DNA of 64,000 nucleotides, from the NCBI GenBank assembly GCA_044229975.1, contig JBGARZ010000012.1:256001-320000 (forward strand). Direction: 5' to 3'. Below are positions 48,533 to 59,580 of this stretch, in pieces. A program made the position numbers and the translations under genes. Each line of letters begins with the position of its first letter. Position 1 is the first letter of the stretch. The notes under the pieces are model-generated. The model worked only from the letters and a program-made list of their open reading frames with translations, did no database searches and was not told the DNA's origin. Source of the DNA: Polyangiales bacterium (GTDB lineage Bacteria > Myxococcota_A > Polyangia > Polyangiales > Ga0077539).

Positions 48533-51493
48533 ATGCCCAGCGCCCCCACCAGAGAACTGCGCGAGGAGCTCGTCGCCGCCGCAACCGTCGGCGCGGCGTT
48601 CTTCGTCGTCACCCTCGGGAGCGTCGCCCTCACCGCCGGGCAGGAGAACGTCGCGGCCCTCCGCCTCGGCGGCGCCATCCTCCTCGGCGTGCTGCTGCGT
48701 CGGCCGCCCGCGCGTCCGTGGCTGTTCTTCGCGTTCTCCTTCGTCGCGCTCTTCGTCACGGTCACCGTCGCCGGCCGTCCCTGGTGGTCCGCCGCCGTCA
48801 CCACGACCCTGCGCATCGGCGAGATCGCCCTCGCCTACGTCCTCCTGCGCGCGCACGCCCCGGCCGTCGCCGGGCTCCGCAGCCTCACCGCCCTCGCCCG
48901 CGTCGGCGCCGTGGCCGTCCTCGCGACGCCCCTCCTCGGCGGCGTCGCCGGGGCGGGCATCCTGCACCTCGGCCGCGGCACCCCCTTCCGTGTCACGTTC
49001 GTCAACTGGTGGATGGGCAACGCCTTCGGGATGCTCGCCGTCCTCCCGCTGGTGCTCGCGTGGTCGCCCGAGCGCCTGCGCTCCCTGCGCGCCCACGCCG
49101 GCCGCGCCCTCGTCGGGCTCGTCACGACCCTCGCCACCACCGCCGTCGCGCTGGAGTTCATGGCGCGGCCCTTCGTGGTGCTCACCCTGCCGCTGGTGAT
49201 CGTCGCGCTCACCCTCGGGCTCTTCGAGACGACGCTCGTCTGCGCGCTCAACGCCGTGCTCGTGGTGACCCTGCGCTCCCTCGACGGGCTCGGCGTGCTG
49301 CACGTCCCCGGGGCCGACCACCTCGGCGAGCTCACCCACGCGCAGGTGCAGTTCTTCTGCGCCATCGGGCTCGTGGCGCCGCTCACCGCGAGCGTCCTCA
49401 ACGCCCAGCGCGCGGAGGCGGCGCGGCTGCTGGCGGAGAGCGAGGCGCGCATCCAGGCGATCACCGACAACATCCCGGCCCTCATCGGCTACCTCGACGC
49501 CGACCTGCGCTACCGCTTCAACAACCTCGCCTACGAGTCGTGGATGAAGCTCCCGCGGTCGGCCTACGAGGGCCGCACCCCCGCGGAGGTCTACGGCGAC
49601 GAGGTGGCCGCCCCGATGATGGCGTTGCTGCGCGAGGTGCTGGGTGGAGGGCGCCAGGAGTTCGAGCGCACGCTCCCCACCGGGCGCGTGGTCTCGACGG
49701 TGCTGGTTCCCGATGAGCGCGACGGCGCGGTGCACGGCGTCTACCTGCTCTCCTTCGACGTGACCGAGCGGCGCGCCGTGGAGGAGGCCCTCTTCCGCGA
49801 GAAGGAGCGCGCCGAGGTGACGCTGCGCTCCATCGGCGACGGGGTGGTGACCGTCGACCTCGCGGGCAACGTCGACTACCTCAACCCGGTCGCCGAGGTG
49901 ATGACCGGGTGGTCGCTCGACGAGGCCCGCGGCCGCCCCTCCAGCGAGGTGATGCGCCTCGTCGACGAGAGCGGCGAGGAGACGGGATTGTCCCCGCTCA
50001 GGCTCGCCGTGCAGGAAGACCGCATCCTCGGCCTCGCCAGCGACGCGCTGCTCGAACGTCGCGACGGGTACCGCTCGCCGGTGGAGGACTCCGCGGCGCC
50101 CATCCACGACCGCGACGGCAACGTCATCGGCGGCGTGATGGTCTTCCACGACGTGAGCGAGGCGCGCGCGATGTCCATCAAGATGTCGCACCTCGCGCAG
50201 CACGATCACCTCACGGGCCTGCCCAACCGCATCCTGCTGCAAGACCGCTTCGCGCAGGCCGTGGCGCGGGGGAAGCGGGAGTCGACGTGCCTGGCGCTGA
50301 TGTTCCTCGACCTCGACGGCTTCAAGCACATCAACGACTCGCTCGGTCACGAGGTGGGCGACCTGCTGCTGAAGGAGGTCACCGCGCGGCTCACCCGCGT
50401 GGTGCGCGCGTCGGACACGGTGAGCAGGCAGGGTGGTGATGAGTTCGTGATCCTGCTGCCGCGGGTGCGGGAGGTCGCCGACGCGGCGCTCGTCGCGGAG
50501 AAGCTGCTGGAGGCGGTGCGGCGGCCGGTGGTCATCGAGGGCGCCGAGCTCAACGTGACGTTGAGCATCGGGGTGAGCCTCTACCCCAACGACGGAACCG
50601 ACCCCGCGGTGTTGATGAAGCACGCCGACGCGGCGATGTACCAGGCCAAGCAGGGCGGTCGCGACCAGTGCCGCTTCTACACGAAGGAGATCAGCGAGCG
50701 CGCCGACCGGCGATTGATGCTGGAGAGCAGCCTGCACCAGGCGCTGCGCAACCGGGAGTTCGCGGTGCACTACCAGCCCAAGGTGGGCTCGGCCGACGCG
50801 GCCATCACGGGCATGGAGGCGCTGGTGCGCTGGCGGCGCCCGACGGGCGAGGTGGTGCCGCCGGGGGAGTTCATCCACATCGCGGAGGAGAGCGGCCTCA
50901 TCGGGCGCATCGACCTGTGGGTGCTCGAAGAGGCGTGCCGGCAGAACCGCGCGTGGCAGGACGCAGGGCTCTTGTCCGTGCCGGTGGCGGTGAACCTCTC
51001 GATGGCCTCGTTGGAGGTCGATCGTTTCCTGGAGCAGCTCGGGTTGATCCTGGAGCGCACCGGCCTCGCGCCCGAGTGGCTGGAGATCGAGTTCACCGAG
51101 AGCCAGATGTTGAAGGACACGGCGCGCTTCGAGCAGCTCATCGCGGGCGTGACGGGCCGCGGGGTGAAGGTCGCCATCGACGACTTCGGCACCGGGTACT
51201 CCAGCCTCAGCTACCTGTGCCGCTACCCCTTCAACATCCTGAAGATCGATCGTTCGTTCGTGAACGATCTCGGCGGCGGGCACCGGCAGGTGGCGCTGGT
51301 CGACGCCATCGTCCGCATGGCCGACGCGCTGGGCTACCGCGTCGTCGCCGAAGGGGTCGAGACCCCGGAGCAGGAGACGCTGCTGCGCGGCATGAAGTGC
51401 CACGAATTGCAGGGGTATCGGTACAGCCGACCCGTGCCACCGGATGAGTTCGTGGGACTGCTGCGGCGGCGGTCGATCATGCCGGCGGCGTAG
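48533..51493 (+). CDS. MASE1-PAS-PAS-GGDEF-EAL c-di-GMP enzyme
   Basis: N-terminal TM region with WWMGN, HDHLTGLPNR, GGDEF, EALVRW, DDFGTGYSS and AEGVE. Confidence 0.93.
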   Translation: MPSAPTRELREELVAAATVGAAFFVVTLGSVALTAGQENVAALRLGGAILLGVLLRRPPARPWLFFAFSFVALFVTVTVAGRPWWSAAVTTTLRIGEIALAYVLLRAHAPAVAGLRSLTALARVGAVAVLATPLLGGVAGAGILHLGRGTPFRVTFVNWWMGNAFGMLAVLPLVLAWSPERLRSLRAHAGRALVGLVTTLATTAVALEFMARPFVVLTLPLVIVALTLGLFETTLVCALNAVLVVTLRSLDGLGVLHVPGADHLGELTHAQVQFFCAIGLVAPLTASVLNAQRAEAARLLAESEARIQAITDNIPALIGYLDADLRYRFNNLAYESWMKLPRSAYEGRTPAEVYGDEVAAPMMALLREVLGGGRQEFERTLPTGRVVSTVLVPDERDGAVHGVYLLSFDVTERRAVEEALFREKERAEVTLRSIGDGVVTVDLAGNVDYLNPVAEVMTGWSLDEARGRPSSEVMRLVDESGEETGLSPLRLAVQEDRILGLASDALLERRDGYRSPVEDSAAPIHDRDGNVIGGVMVFHDVSEARAMSIKMSHLAQHDHLTGLPNRILLQDRFAQAVARGKRESTCLALMFLDLDGFKHINDSLGHEVGDLLLKEVTARLTRVVRASDTVSRQGGDEFVILLPRVREVADAALVAEKLLEAVRRPVVIEGAELNVTLSIGVSLYPNDGTDPAVLMKHADAAMYQAKQGGRDQCRFYTKEISERADRRLMLESSLHQALRNREFAVHYQPKVGSADAAITGMEALVRWRRPTGEVVPPGEFIHIAEESGLIGRIDLWVLEEACRQNRAWQDAGLLSVPVAVNLSMASLEVDRFLEQLGLILERTGLAPEWLEIEFTESQMLKDTARFEQLIAGVTGRGVKVAIDDFGTGYSSLSYLCRYPFNILKIDRSFVNDLGGGHRQVALVDAIVRMADALGYRVVAEGVETPEQETLLRGMKCHELQGYRYSRPVPPDEFVGLLRRRSIMPAA

Positions 51494-51506
51494 GCGCCCT
51501 CTCATG

Positions 51507-51812
51507 CCGATTCACCCCTTGGACGTTCGCAAGGTGGGGCCGGGGTTCACGGTGCAGGCTCCGCGTCCGTCGCGCTCCGTTCACCCCGGGCAATGGTAGG
51601 GGGGTCACCCCGCCGCTGCGCGACGGGGTTGCAGGCCCGAGATCCATCGCGATCCCGATCAACGAAGCGGGGGCAGTGACTTCCGTTGCAACCCCATCGC
51701 AGAGCGATGGGGTGACCCCCTACCATTGCCCGGGGTGAACGGAGCGCGACGGACGCAGAGCCTGCACCGTGAACCCCGGCCCCACCTTGCGAACGTCCAA
51801 GGGGTGAATCGG
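51507..51812. repeat. ~127-bp-arm inverted repeat (REPIN/MITE-like)
   Basis: 51507-51633 vs 51687-51812 nearly identical in reverse complement; contains GTAG-GGG..TCACCCC REP-like motif. Confidence 0.92.
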
Positions 51813-51814
51813 TA

Positions 51815-53869
51815 CTACCGCCGCACCAGCGACGACACCGCCGCGAGCAGCGCGCCCAGGTCCACCGGCTTCGAGACGTACCCGTCGAATCCTGCCCGCT
51901 GCGCGCTCGCGCGGTCTTCGGCGCGCGCGTACGCCGTCACCGCGAGCACCCGCGTCGCCCCGCCCCCGTCGGGCGGCAGCGCGCGCACGCGGCGCAGCAG
52001 CTCGTACCCGTCGACCGAGGGCATCCCGATGTCGGACACCAGCACGTCGGGGCGCGTCCGTACGAGCAGCTCCAGCGCCTCCACCGCCGACCCCACCGTC
52101 GTCACGCGGGCGCCCGCCGTCTCCAGCATGAACGCCACCAGCGCACGCGCGTCGGGCTCGTCGTCGACCACCAGCGCTCGCACCCCCGTGAGCACCGGGC
52201 CATCCGGCGCAGACGGCTCGTCCGCCGACGCTGGGCCCGGGCGGTCGGACGCTGGTCCCTCCTCGTCGTCCCGCAGCGGCAGCCGCACCCGAAACACCGC
52301 CCCGCGGCCCAACCCATCGCTCGCGGCGGACACCGAGCCACCGTGCACGTTCACGAGCTGACGAACGATCGCCAGCCCCAACCCGAGGCCCCCGTGCGCG
52401 CGGCTCATGGTGCTGTCCGCCTGCCGGAAGCGGTCGAACACATGCGGCAGAAACTCCGGCGCGATGCCGCTCCCCGTGTCGCTCACCTCGACCTCCGCGA
52501 ACCCATCGCGGGCGAAGAGACGCAGCGCGACCCTGCCGCCCTTCGAGGTGAATTTCAGGGCGTTGGAGAGGAGGTTCCAGGCCACCTGCTGGAGGCGGTC
52601 GGGGTCGCCGTGGATGCGCCCGACGTCCGCGTCGAGCGCCGCGGTGAGCTCGATGCCCTTGGCCTCCGCCGTCGGCCGCACCGCGTCCATCGCGGCCAGC
52701 AACACCTCGCGCATCCCCACCGGGCGAAACTCCACCCGCAGCTTGCCGGAGATGATCCGCGACACGTCGAGGATGTCCTCGATGATCTGCGCCTGCGCCT
52801 TCGCGTTGCGCTCGATGGTCTCGATGGCCCGCTGCCGGCGGTCGGGCGAGATCTGCGCGCCGAGCAGCATCCGCGACCACCCGAGAATCGCCGTCAGCGG
52901 CGTGCGCAGCTCGTGCGACACCGTCGCCAGGAACTCGTCCTTCATCCGGTTGGCCGCCTCGGACTCCCGCAGCGCGGCCTGCTCGCGCGCCCGCAGCGAC
53001 GCCCGCTCGGTGATGTCCGTCAGCGACACCACGCACCCGAGCGCCTGGCCCTCCGCGCTCACCAGCGGGCCCGCCGACGCCAGCAGGCTCGCGTCGCTCC
53101 CGTCCGCGCGGGCCATGGTCACTTCGACCCCGCTCAGCACCTCGCCCCGCAGCGCGGCGCCCGGGATGCCGCCCTCCCCCAACGCATCGCCGCGCAGTGG
53201 AAACGCCATCGCGAAGGGTCGCAGCAGCGGGTTGTGCGCCGCCAGCCGGTGCGCGCCGCGGCTCGCCCGGATGACCCGCGCGTGGGGGTCGCACACCACG
53301 ATCGCCTCGGTGCTCTGCTCCAGGATGGAGGCCGCGAGGCGCTCGGCCGCCACGATGGCCTGGTTGCGCTTCTGGTCGGTGAGGTCGGTCACCACGAGGC
53401 ACACGCCCGGGACCTCCCCCTCGCCGCTCGCCGTCGCCGACAGGTGCACCGGCACGACGGCCCCGACCGCGCTGACCAGCTCGAGCTCGGCGCGCGCCGT
53501 CTCTGGCGCGACGAGGCCCAGCAGCGCGTCGAAGGTGGGCCGCCACGACGTCCGCACGAAGCGGTGCACCTGCGAGCCCGTCACCCGCGCGAGCGGCGTC
53601 GCCACCATCGCGGCGAAGCGGCGGTTGCAGTAGAGCACCGTTCCGTCGAGGCCCACGATGGCCGCGCCCTCGTCCATGGTCTCCACCAGCCGCCGGTACC
53701 GATGATCGGCGCCCTGGAGCGTGAACACCTTCTCCCCTTCGGGAGAGTGCACCACCAGCGCGTCGACGTGGCCCGAGCGGATGGCGTCGAGCGTCTGCTC
53801 GGCCTCCTCCAGGCGCTCGCGCAGCGCCTCGATTTCGGCCTTCGTGTCGGCGCGCGTCCTTCGCGCCAT
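51815..53869 (-). CDS. PAS-PAS hybrid histidine kinase-receiver (kai-associated)
   Basis: LDAIRSGHVDALVV N-terminus, SHELRTPL, NALKF, GGLGLGL and receiver VVDDE/SDIGMP. Confidence 0.92.
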   Translation of the reverse strand: MARRTRADTKAEIEALRERLEEAEQTLDAIRSGHVDALVVHSPEGEKVFTLQGADHRYRRLVETMDEGAAIVGLDGTVLYCNRRFAAMVATPLARVTGSQVHRFVRTSWRPTFDALLGLVAPETARAELELVSAVGAVVPVHLSATASGEGEVPGVCLVVTDLTDQKRNQAIVAAERLAASILEQSTEAIVVCDPHARVIRASRGAHRLAAHNPLLRPFAMAFPLRGDALGEGGIPGAALRGEVLSGVEVTMARADGSDASLLASAGPLVSAEGQALGCVVSLTDITERASLRAREQAALRESEAANRMKDEFLATVSHELRTPLTAILGWSRMLLGAQISPDRRQRAIETIERNAKAQAQIIEDILDVSRIISGKLRVEFRPVGMREVLLAAMDAVRPTAEAKGIELTAALDADVGRIHGDPDRLQQVAWNLLSNALKFTSKGGRVALRLFARDGFAEVEVSDTGSGIAPEFLPHVFDRFRQADSTMSRAHGGLGLGLAIVRQLVNVHGGSVSAASDGLGRGAVFRVRLPLRDDEEGPASDRPGPASADEPSAPDGPVLTGVRALVVDDEPDARALVAFMLETAGARVTTVGSAVEALELLVRTRPDVLVSDIGMPSVDGYELLRRVRALPPDGGGATRVLAVTAYARAEDRASAQRAGFDGYVSKPVDLGALLAAVSSLVRR

Positions 53870-54210
53870 CAGCCATCCCCTCGGGGCTGGAGGTTGAGCC
53901 CGTGGAGCACGCGGGCCGTGTCGGAGAGGTCGCCGATGAGCCGCCGCAGCGGCCCCGGGCTCTCCCGGATGAGCGTCGGCACCGCGAGGATCTGCTCCGC
54001 CTTGGCGCGCTCGGGCTCTTGATAGACGTCGATCACTTCGAGCTGGTAGCGGCCCTTCAGGTAGGCCGCGCACACGGCCTTGAGGTTGACGAGCGCGCGC
54101 ATCGACTGGGGCGTCCCTCCCGCGACGTACAGCCGCAGCACGTAGCGCGACGACGCGGTTCCTGCGAGCGCAGCCTCGAAGGCAGTCGACGAGCTCTTCG
54201 AGGGCTTCAC
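53869..54210 (-). CDS. kaiB: KaiB-like protein (second copy)
   Basis: [16 protein letters not shown] and [19 protein letters not shown]. Confidence 0.92.
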   Translation of the reverse strand: MKPSKSSSTAFEAALAGTASSRYVLRLYVAGGTPQSMRALVNLKAVCAAYLKGRYQLEVIDVYQEPERAKAEQILAVPTLIRESPGPLRRLIGDLSDTARVLHGLNLQPRGDG

Positions 54211-54563
54211 GGCGCGCGCTTGCGGGTCGAGGGCGGCGGCACCGGGCGGAGGTTCAACCCCACCAGCACGCGCTCGGTGTTGGAGAAGTCCCCGATGATC
54301 TTCTTCACCGGCGGCGGGAGCTGCCGCACCAGCGTGGGAACCGCGAGGATCTGATCACCTCGCGCCAGCGCCGGGTTGATGAGCAGGTCGACGACCTCGA
54401 TGCGGTAGCGCCCTTTGAGGTGCTCCTCGCAGATGCGCTTGAGGTTGGCGAAGGCCTCCAGGCTGCGAGGCGTCTGCCCGGCGACGTAGAGCCGCAGCTC
54501 CCACTGCTCCGGCTCGGGGGCCTTCGCCTTCGCCGCGGCGGCCCTCTTGCGCGGGGCGCTCAC
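54207..54563 (-). CDS. kaiB: KaiB-like protein
   Basis: [25 protein letters not shown]...[23 protein letters not shown] overlaps the kaiC stop. Confidence 0.92.
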   Translation of the reverse strand: MSAPRKRAAAAKAKAPEPEQWELRLYVAGQTPRSLEAFANLKRICEEHLKGRYRIEVVDLLINPALARGDQILAVPTLVRQLPPPVKKIIGDFSNTERVLVGLNLRPVPPPSTRKRAP

Positions 54564-56350
54564 GGCTTCCTCTTCGGCGCCACCAGGGCGGCCGTGTGCT
54601 TGCGCGCGCCCGTGCCGCTGGTGCGCAGCCGACGGATCTCCTCGCGGTCGGAGCCGATGCGGGCCTCGCGCCCGGCGGCCTCGTCGATGGCGCTGGTCAT
54701 CTCGTCGACCTCCGCGGCGAACTCGGCTTGCAGCGCCAGGAGCTGCGCCTCGAAGGCCGCGCGCCGGCGGGTGAGGGTGCGCTGTCGACGGTCGGCCTCC
54801 TGTCGGCGCGTGAGGGCGGCGGCTTCGTCGGCCGCCACCTGGGCGACGCGGGCGGTGCCGGTGAGCACCCCGCCGGGGACGGAGTACACCTCGACGAGCT
54901 CGACGCCGTGGTCGGAGATCACGAACTCCCGCACCTGGTTGGAGTGGGCCATGCCGCGGGACTTCACGACGTAGAGCCCGCGGTTGCGCTCGCCCCCGGC
55001 CTCCAGGTCGCGGAGCTGGAACCACGTGTCGATGAGGGACGAGATGCCGATGGTGGAGTCCTCGGCGCTGGGGTTGTCGGTGAGCGACGTGAGGAGCGTG
55101 GAGATGCCCTTCACCTTCAGGCGGTCGAAGAGGCGCACCAGCATGGCCTTCACGTCGTGGGCGGTGCCCGCCGTGAGGAGGCTGGAGATGGGGTCGACGA
55201 CGACGATCTGCGGCGCGATCTCGTCGACGGTCTGGTGCATGCTGATGAGGTGCATCTCCAGGCCGAAGAGCGTCGGGCGCGCGGCCTGGAAGCGCAGCAG
55301 GCCCTTCTTCACCCAGGCGTCGAGGTCGATGCCGATGGAGCGCATGTTGCGGACGACCTGCGCGGGTGACTCCTCCAGGGCGAAGTACACGCACGACTCT
55401 CCCCGCCGACACGCGGCGTCGACGAAGGACGCGGCGACGCTGGTCTTGCCGGTGCCCGCGGTGCCCGAGATGAGAACGCTCGACCCGCGGTAGTAGCCTT
55501 TGCCGCCGAGCATGTCGTCGAGGCGCGCGATGCCCGTGGAGACGCGGTCGGTGGACACCTCGTAGTCGAGGCCGAGGGCGGTGACGGGCAGCACCGACAA
55601 ACCCCCGTTGGCGATGAGGAAGGGGTACTCGTTGGTTCCGTGGGAGGAGCCGCGGTACTTCACGATGCGGAGGCGGCGGGTGGACACCTGCTCGACGACG
55701 CGGTGGTCGAGCACGATCACGCAGTCCGAGACGTACTCTTCCAGGCCGTAGCGGGTGAGCGTTCCTTCGAGGCGCTCGGCGGTGATGACCGCGGTGACGC
55801 CGCGCTCCTTCAGCCAACGAAAGAGCCGACGTATTTCGCCGCGCAGCATGAGGGCGTCGCTGAAGCCGCCGAAGAGAACCTCCAGGGTGTCGAGCACGAT
55901 GCGCTTCGCGCCGACGGCGTCGATGGCCGCCCCGAGGCGCACGAAGAGCCCTTCGAGGCTGTACTCGCCGGTCTCCTCGATCTCGTGCGGGTCGACGTGG
56001 ATGTAGTCGACGGCCATGAGCTTCTTGGCGCAGAGGCCGTCGAGGTCGAAGCCCAGCGAGGCGACGTTGGCGGAGAGTTCGTCGGCGGTCTCCTCGAAGG
56101 CGACAAAGACGCCGGGCTCGCCGTAGCGCGTCGCACCGCGGACGAGAAACTCCATGGCGAGGAGGGTCTTGCCGCAGCCCGGACCGCCCGAGACGAGCGT
56201 GGGGCGACCGGCGGGGAGTCCGCCGCCGGTGAGCTGGTCGAGCCCGTCGATGCCCGTCGCCGCCTTGGCGATCATGCGGGGCGACGAAGGAGTGGTTCGG
56301 GTGGGGCGAGGAGGACGAGCGGGAGGGAGTGAGCGTTTCTTTGGCTTCAT
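54560..56350 (-). CDS. kaiC: KaiC (KaiC2-type) double RecA-like ATPase; start may be 56275
   Basis: GGPGCGKT and [10 protein letters not shown] motifs, ISSLIDTW phosphosite region, [14 protein letters not shown] and C-terminal coiled coil. Confidence 0.95.
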   Translation of the reverse strand: MKPKKRSLPPARPPRPTRTTPSSPRMIAKAATGIDGLDQLTGGGLPAGRPTLVSGGPGCGKTLLAMEFLVRGATRYGEPGVFVAFEETADELSANVASLGFDLDGLCAKKLMAVDYIHVDPHEIEETGEYSLEGLFVRLGAAIDAVGAKRIVLDTLEVLFGGFSDALMLRGEIRRLFRWLKERGVTAVITAERLEGTLTRYGLEEYVSDCVIVLDHRVVEQVSTRRLRIVKYRGSSHGTNEYPFLIANGGLSVLPVTALGLDYEVSTDRVSTGIARLDDMLGGKGYYRGSSVLISGTAGTGKTSVAASFVDAACRRGESCVYFALEESPAQVVRNMRSIGIDLDAWVKKGLLRFQAARPTLFGLEMHLISMHQTVDEIAPQIVVVDPISSLLTAGTAHDVKAMLVRLFDRLKVKGISTLLTSLTDNPSAEDSTIGISSLIDTWFQLRDLEAGGERNRGLYVVKSRGMAHSNQVREFVISDHGVELVEVYSVPGGVLTGTARVAQVAADEAAALTRRQEADRRQRTLTRRRAAFEAQLLALQAEFAAEVDEMTSAIDEAAGREARIGSDREEIRRLRTSGTGARKHTAALVAPKRKP

Positions 56351-56444
56351 GGTGTTGGCGCACCGGGTGCCGTAGGCCGCGCGCTCCCACGAGCGTGTCC
56401 TGCATCGGTGACATCCAACTGGTTGGTGACCTCCCCGCGAGGCG

Positions 56445-57443
56445 TCAACGGGGGGCGATGGCGACGGCCTCGACCGGAGGAATCGACAGCAACGTCGCTC
56501 GTTCGAGCACCCCGGTGGGTCCCATGTCCCAGAGCCTCGTCTGCTGCGGGGCATCGGGGACGCCCGCCTCGTCGACGCGCGCCGAGAAGGCCAGCGGACG
56601 AAACGGCAGCTCCAGCCACCACTTGATGTCCTCGACCACGAGCCATCGACCGTCGACGCGCTTGCTCCACCGGAAGCGCGGGAAGTCACACGCCGCGAGA
56701 AAGGCCCTTAGCAGCGGGTCGCGCCGCGCCACCGTCGCCGCCTCGTCGTCGCGCCCGGAGTCCACGCGCTGCCACCGCGCGAAGCCGAGCGGCGTCGCGG
56801 CCCCGACGAGGTACTGCGACCCGAGGTCGACGATGACCAGCCAGCGCCACGGGGCCAGGAGGCGCGGTTCGAGCACCGGCTCGACGCCTGGGTGACCGAG
56901 CGCGGAGAGCTCGCGGCGCGCTCGCGCGGTGAGCCACGATCGCACCGCGACGGCCGTGAGCAGGTACGCGCCGACGGCCGACAGCGCGATGAGGTGACGA
57001 CCGCCGAAGAGCCCGGCGGCGAGCAGCGCGAGGACGATCGGGTCGACGATGAAGTGCGATCGCGTGGTGAGGCGCGCGGGGGAGAAGGGGAAGCCGAGGG
57101 CGGTTCCGAAGCTGGTGACGACGTCGAGGAGCAGGTGCGTGGCGATGGCGGCGACGGCGGCGAGCGCGAGGCGAACGACACCAGCACCGGCCGCGGGCGT
57201 GAGGAGGGCGACGGCCACGACGGGGATGGCGAGCGCGAAGGCGGGCAGGGCGCCGTGGAGGGCGACGCGGTGGTAGCGCCAGCCGGCGAGCTTGCCGCGG
57301 ATCTCGACGAGGGCGTCGAGGTCGGGCGCGACGCCCGCGACGGCGCCGACGAGGGTCATGGCGGTGGCGAGGGCGGGGCGATCGGCGGGGGCGAAGCAGC
57401 GGGCCGCGAGGGCGCCGGCGAGCGCGTGGGCGATCAGGTCCAC
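56445..57443 (-). CDS. Membrane metal-dependent hydrolase (YdjM-like)
   Basis: D..AHAL.G, APDLD, HR...H, HLLLD..TSFGT and FIVDP. Confidence 0.8.
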   Translation of the reverse strand: MDLIAHALAGALAARCFAPADRPALATAMTLVGAVAGVAPDLDALVEIRGKLAGWRYHRVALHGALPAFALAIPVVAVALLTPAAGAGVVRLALAAVAAIATHLLLDVVTSFGTALGFPFSPARLTTRSHFIVDPIVLALLAAGLFGGRHLIALSAVGAYLLTAVAVRSWLTARARRELSALGHPGVEPVLEPRLLAPWRWLVIVDLGSQYLVGAATPLGFARWQRVDSGRDDEAATVARRDPLLRAFLAACDFPRFRWSKRVDGRWLVVEDIKWWLELPFRPLAFSARVDEAGVPDAPQQTRLWDMGPTGVLERATLLSIPPVEAVAIAPR

Positions 57444-58267
57444 GCGTGGCCCCGATCGTTGCGGCCGAGGGTGTGGAGCACCGGGCGGCCGTCGCGGGAG
57501 AGGGCGACCTGGGACACGCGCGCGCCGACGGTGGCGTGGAGGCGGTCTTCGCAGCGGTCCATGAGCTCCTCGTCGCCGCCGGGGGTGCGGGCGAGGGGCG
57601 CGAGGATGCGGGCGCGCACGGTGAGACCGAAGGTGGGGAGCACACCGCCGCGGCCGAGAAATTTCGCGATCTCCTCGAAGACCACGGGGATGACCACGGC
57701 GTCGGGCGCTCCGGCGAGGAGGGCGCGCAGGCCGGGTCGGTGGAAGGTGGCGATGGACTCGTCGCCCCAGGGCTTGCGGCCTTCGGGGAAGATGATGGCG
57801 CCGCGGCGGCGCTCGGTGATGCGCTGACCGAGCGCGTGGAGGCGGGCTTCGTTGCCCTCGCGGTCGCCGCGCTGGAGGATGAGGGAGCCGGTTCCGCGGA
57901 GGAAGACGCTGACGGTGGGGCACCAGCGGTCGAGGCCCGCGCGGGCGACGTAGGCGGGCGAGTCTTCCATGAAGACGCACGCGCCCAGGAGCAGGTCGAC
58001 GGGCGGCTGGTGGTTGGCGACGACGATGAAGGGCGCGTGGCCGACGGCCGCGGGCATCGCGCCTTCGACCTCGAAGCGCATGCGAAACACCACGCGGAAG
58101 ATGGCGAGGTACGCGCGCGCCGTGGCGGCCACCGCGCGATAGAAGGCGGGCTCACCGCCGAAGCGCAGCGCGAGGTGCATGCGCAGGTCGTACGCAAACA
58201 GAACGATCACGATGAAGGGCGCCGCGACCGCGAGGGTCGCGAGGTCGAGGGCGCGACGCGGGCTCAC
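57434..58267 (-). CDS. Lysophospholipid/glycerolipid acyltransferase
   Basis: VVANHQPPVD and IIFPEG. Confidence 0.85.
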   Translation of the reverse strand: MSPRRALDLATLAVAAPFIVIVLFAYDLRMHLALRFGGEPAFYRAVAATARAYLAIFRVVFRMRFEVEGAMPAAVGHAPFIVVANHQPPVDLLLGACVFMEDSPAYVARAGLDRWCPTVSVFLRGTGSLILQRGDREGNEARLHALGQRITERRRGAIIFPEGRKPWGDESIATFHRPGLRALLAGAPDAVVIPVVFEEIAKFLGRGGVLPTFGLTVRARILAPLARTPGGDEELMDRCEDRLHATVGARVSQVALSRDGRPVLHTLGRNDRGHAWT

Positions 58268-59466
58268 GCCGACACCGCCACGGCGAAGGACGACGCACGG
58301 GCCGCGGGGACGCGTGATGAGCGGGTGAGGCGTGGACCGAAGAAGCGCTCGACGAAGGCGGCGCCGGGGGCGGAGCGGGCGGCGGCGAGGGCGGCGTGTT
58401 GCCAGCGCGCGAGGAGGGCGGGGTCGGCGGCGAGGCGTTCGAGGGAGAGGGCGGCGAGCTCGGTGTCGCGGGTGGCGGCGCCGGCACCGAGGGACTCGAC
58501 GAGGCGGGCGTGGGGCGCCTCGTGGGCGTGCCAGTCGAAGGCGACGACGGGGGTTCCGGCGGTGAGGGATTCGGTGACGGACATGGGGCCCGCGCGGAGG
58601 AGCGAGACGTCGGCGGCGGCGAGGCGGTCGGGGAGGTCGGCGACGAAGCCGTGGACGCGGAGCTCGACGTGGCGCAGTGAGCGAGCGAGGGCGGTGAGCG
58701 AGCGGCGGAGGTCTTCGCCGTGGCCGCAGACGGCGTCGATGACGAGGGAGGCGCCGAGGGGGCCCGCGTCGAGGCGGCGCAGGAGGGGGATGAGACGGGA
58801 GGCGCTGGTTCCGTCGGCACCGGCGACGGCGGCGACGCGGAGGCGACCGTCGGCAGAGGGCGCGCGGGTGGTCGCGGCGGAGCGGCAGGGCAGCAGCGGG
58901 ATGCGAACGACGCGCTCGGGTGCGATGCCGACCTCGCGGGCGCGAGCGACGGCGGCATCGGACGCGACGACGTAGCAGTCGGCCTCGGCGAACCACGCGT
59001 GATGGGGTTCGTAGTCGAGCATGACGACGGCGGTGCGGGGGCGGACGGGGAAGGAGCGCGCGAGGGCGTCGAGGCAGTGGGCGGTGGAGAAGTGGGTGGC
59101 GACGAGGAGGTCGGGGGCGAAGGGGAGGCGAGCGCGCAGGCGCGGGGTGTAGAGGGCGCGCACGACGGGCGAGAGGGCGCGCACGACGGAGCGATGGTCG
59201 GTGCCGTTGTAGAAGGCGCGCCAGAGGGCGTCGGAGTGGGCGCGGACGCGGGCGAGGAAGGGGAGCGAGCGGATCCAACCGCGGTCGTAGAGGTCGACGG
59301 TGTGTTGCTCGACGCCGTCGCCGAATGCGTCGGTGGCGAGCGACGCGAGGGCGCGGGCGGAGGCGTGGTGGGCGCCGCCGCTACCGGCGCTGAGGTAGGC
59401 GATGCGGCGCGGCGGAGGGACCAGGGTGGGGGCCGAAGCGGGGTTGGACGGACGAGGGCTGAACAT
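58264..59466 (-). CDS. MGDG-synthase/UgtP-like glycosyltransferase (GT28)
   Basis: SAGSGGAHH, VATHF, VCG, VHGFV, RAGPMSVTE and GTP. Confidence 0.8.
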   Translation of the reverse strand: MFSPRPSNPASAPTLVPPPRRIAYLSAGSGGAHHASARALASLATDAFGDGVEQHTVDLYDRGWIRSLPFLARVRAHSDALWRAFYNGTDHRSVVRALSPVVRALYTPRLRARLPFAPDLLVATHFSTAHCLDALARSFPVRPRTAVVMLDYEPHHAWFAEADCYVVASDAAVARAREVGIAPERVVRIPLLPCRSAATTRAPSADGRLRVAAVAGADGTSASRLIPLLRRLDAGPLGASLVIDAVCGHGEDLRRSLTALARSLRHVELRVHGFVADLPDRLAAADVSLLRAGPMSVTESLTAGTPVVAFDWHAHEAPHARLVESLGAGAATRDTELAALSLERLAADPALLARWQHAALAAARSAPGAAFVERFFGPRLTRSSRVPAARASSFAVAVSA

Positions 59467-59580
59467 GGGTGTGACGCTCCTCCGGGGACACGCGGTGGTG
59501 AGCCGATGGCCCCGACGGAGAGGCGTTGAGCACGAAGAGGACCAACCGCGATGACAGCGGATTTGCGCGGTGGCGAGAGG

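Noticed and set aside
48524..51505. Long antisense ORFs (993 aa here; also 46220-48436, 11387-13312, 22363-24369 and others)
   Set aside because: Shadow frames of real genes in high-GC DNA: Arg/Ala/Pro-rich with no recognisable motifs.
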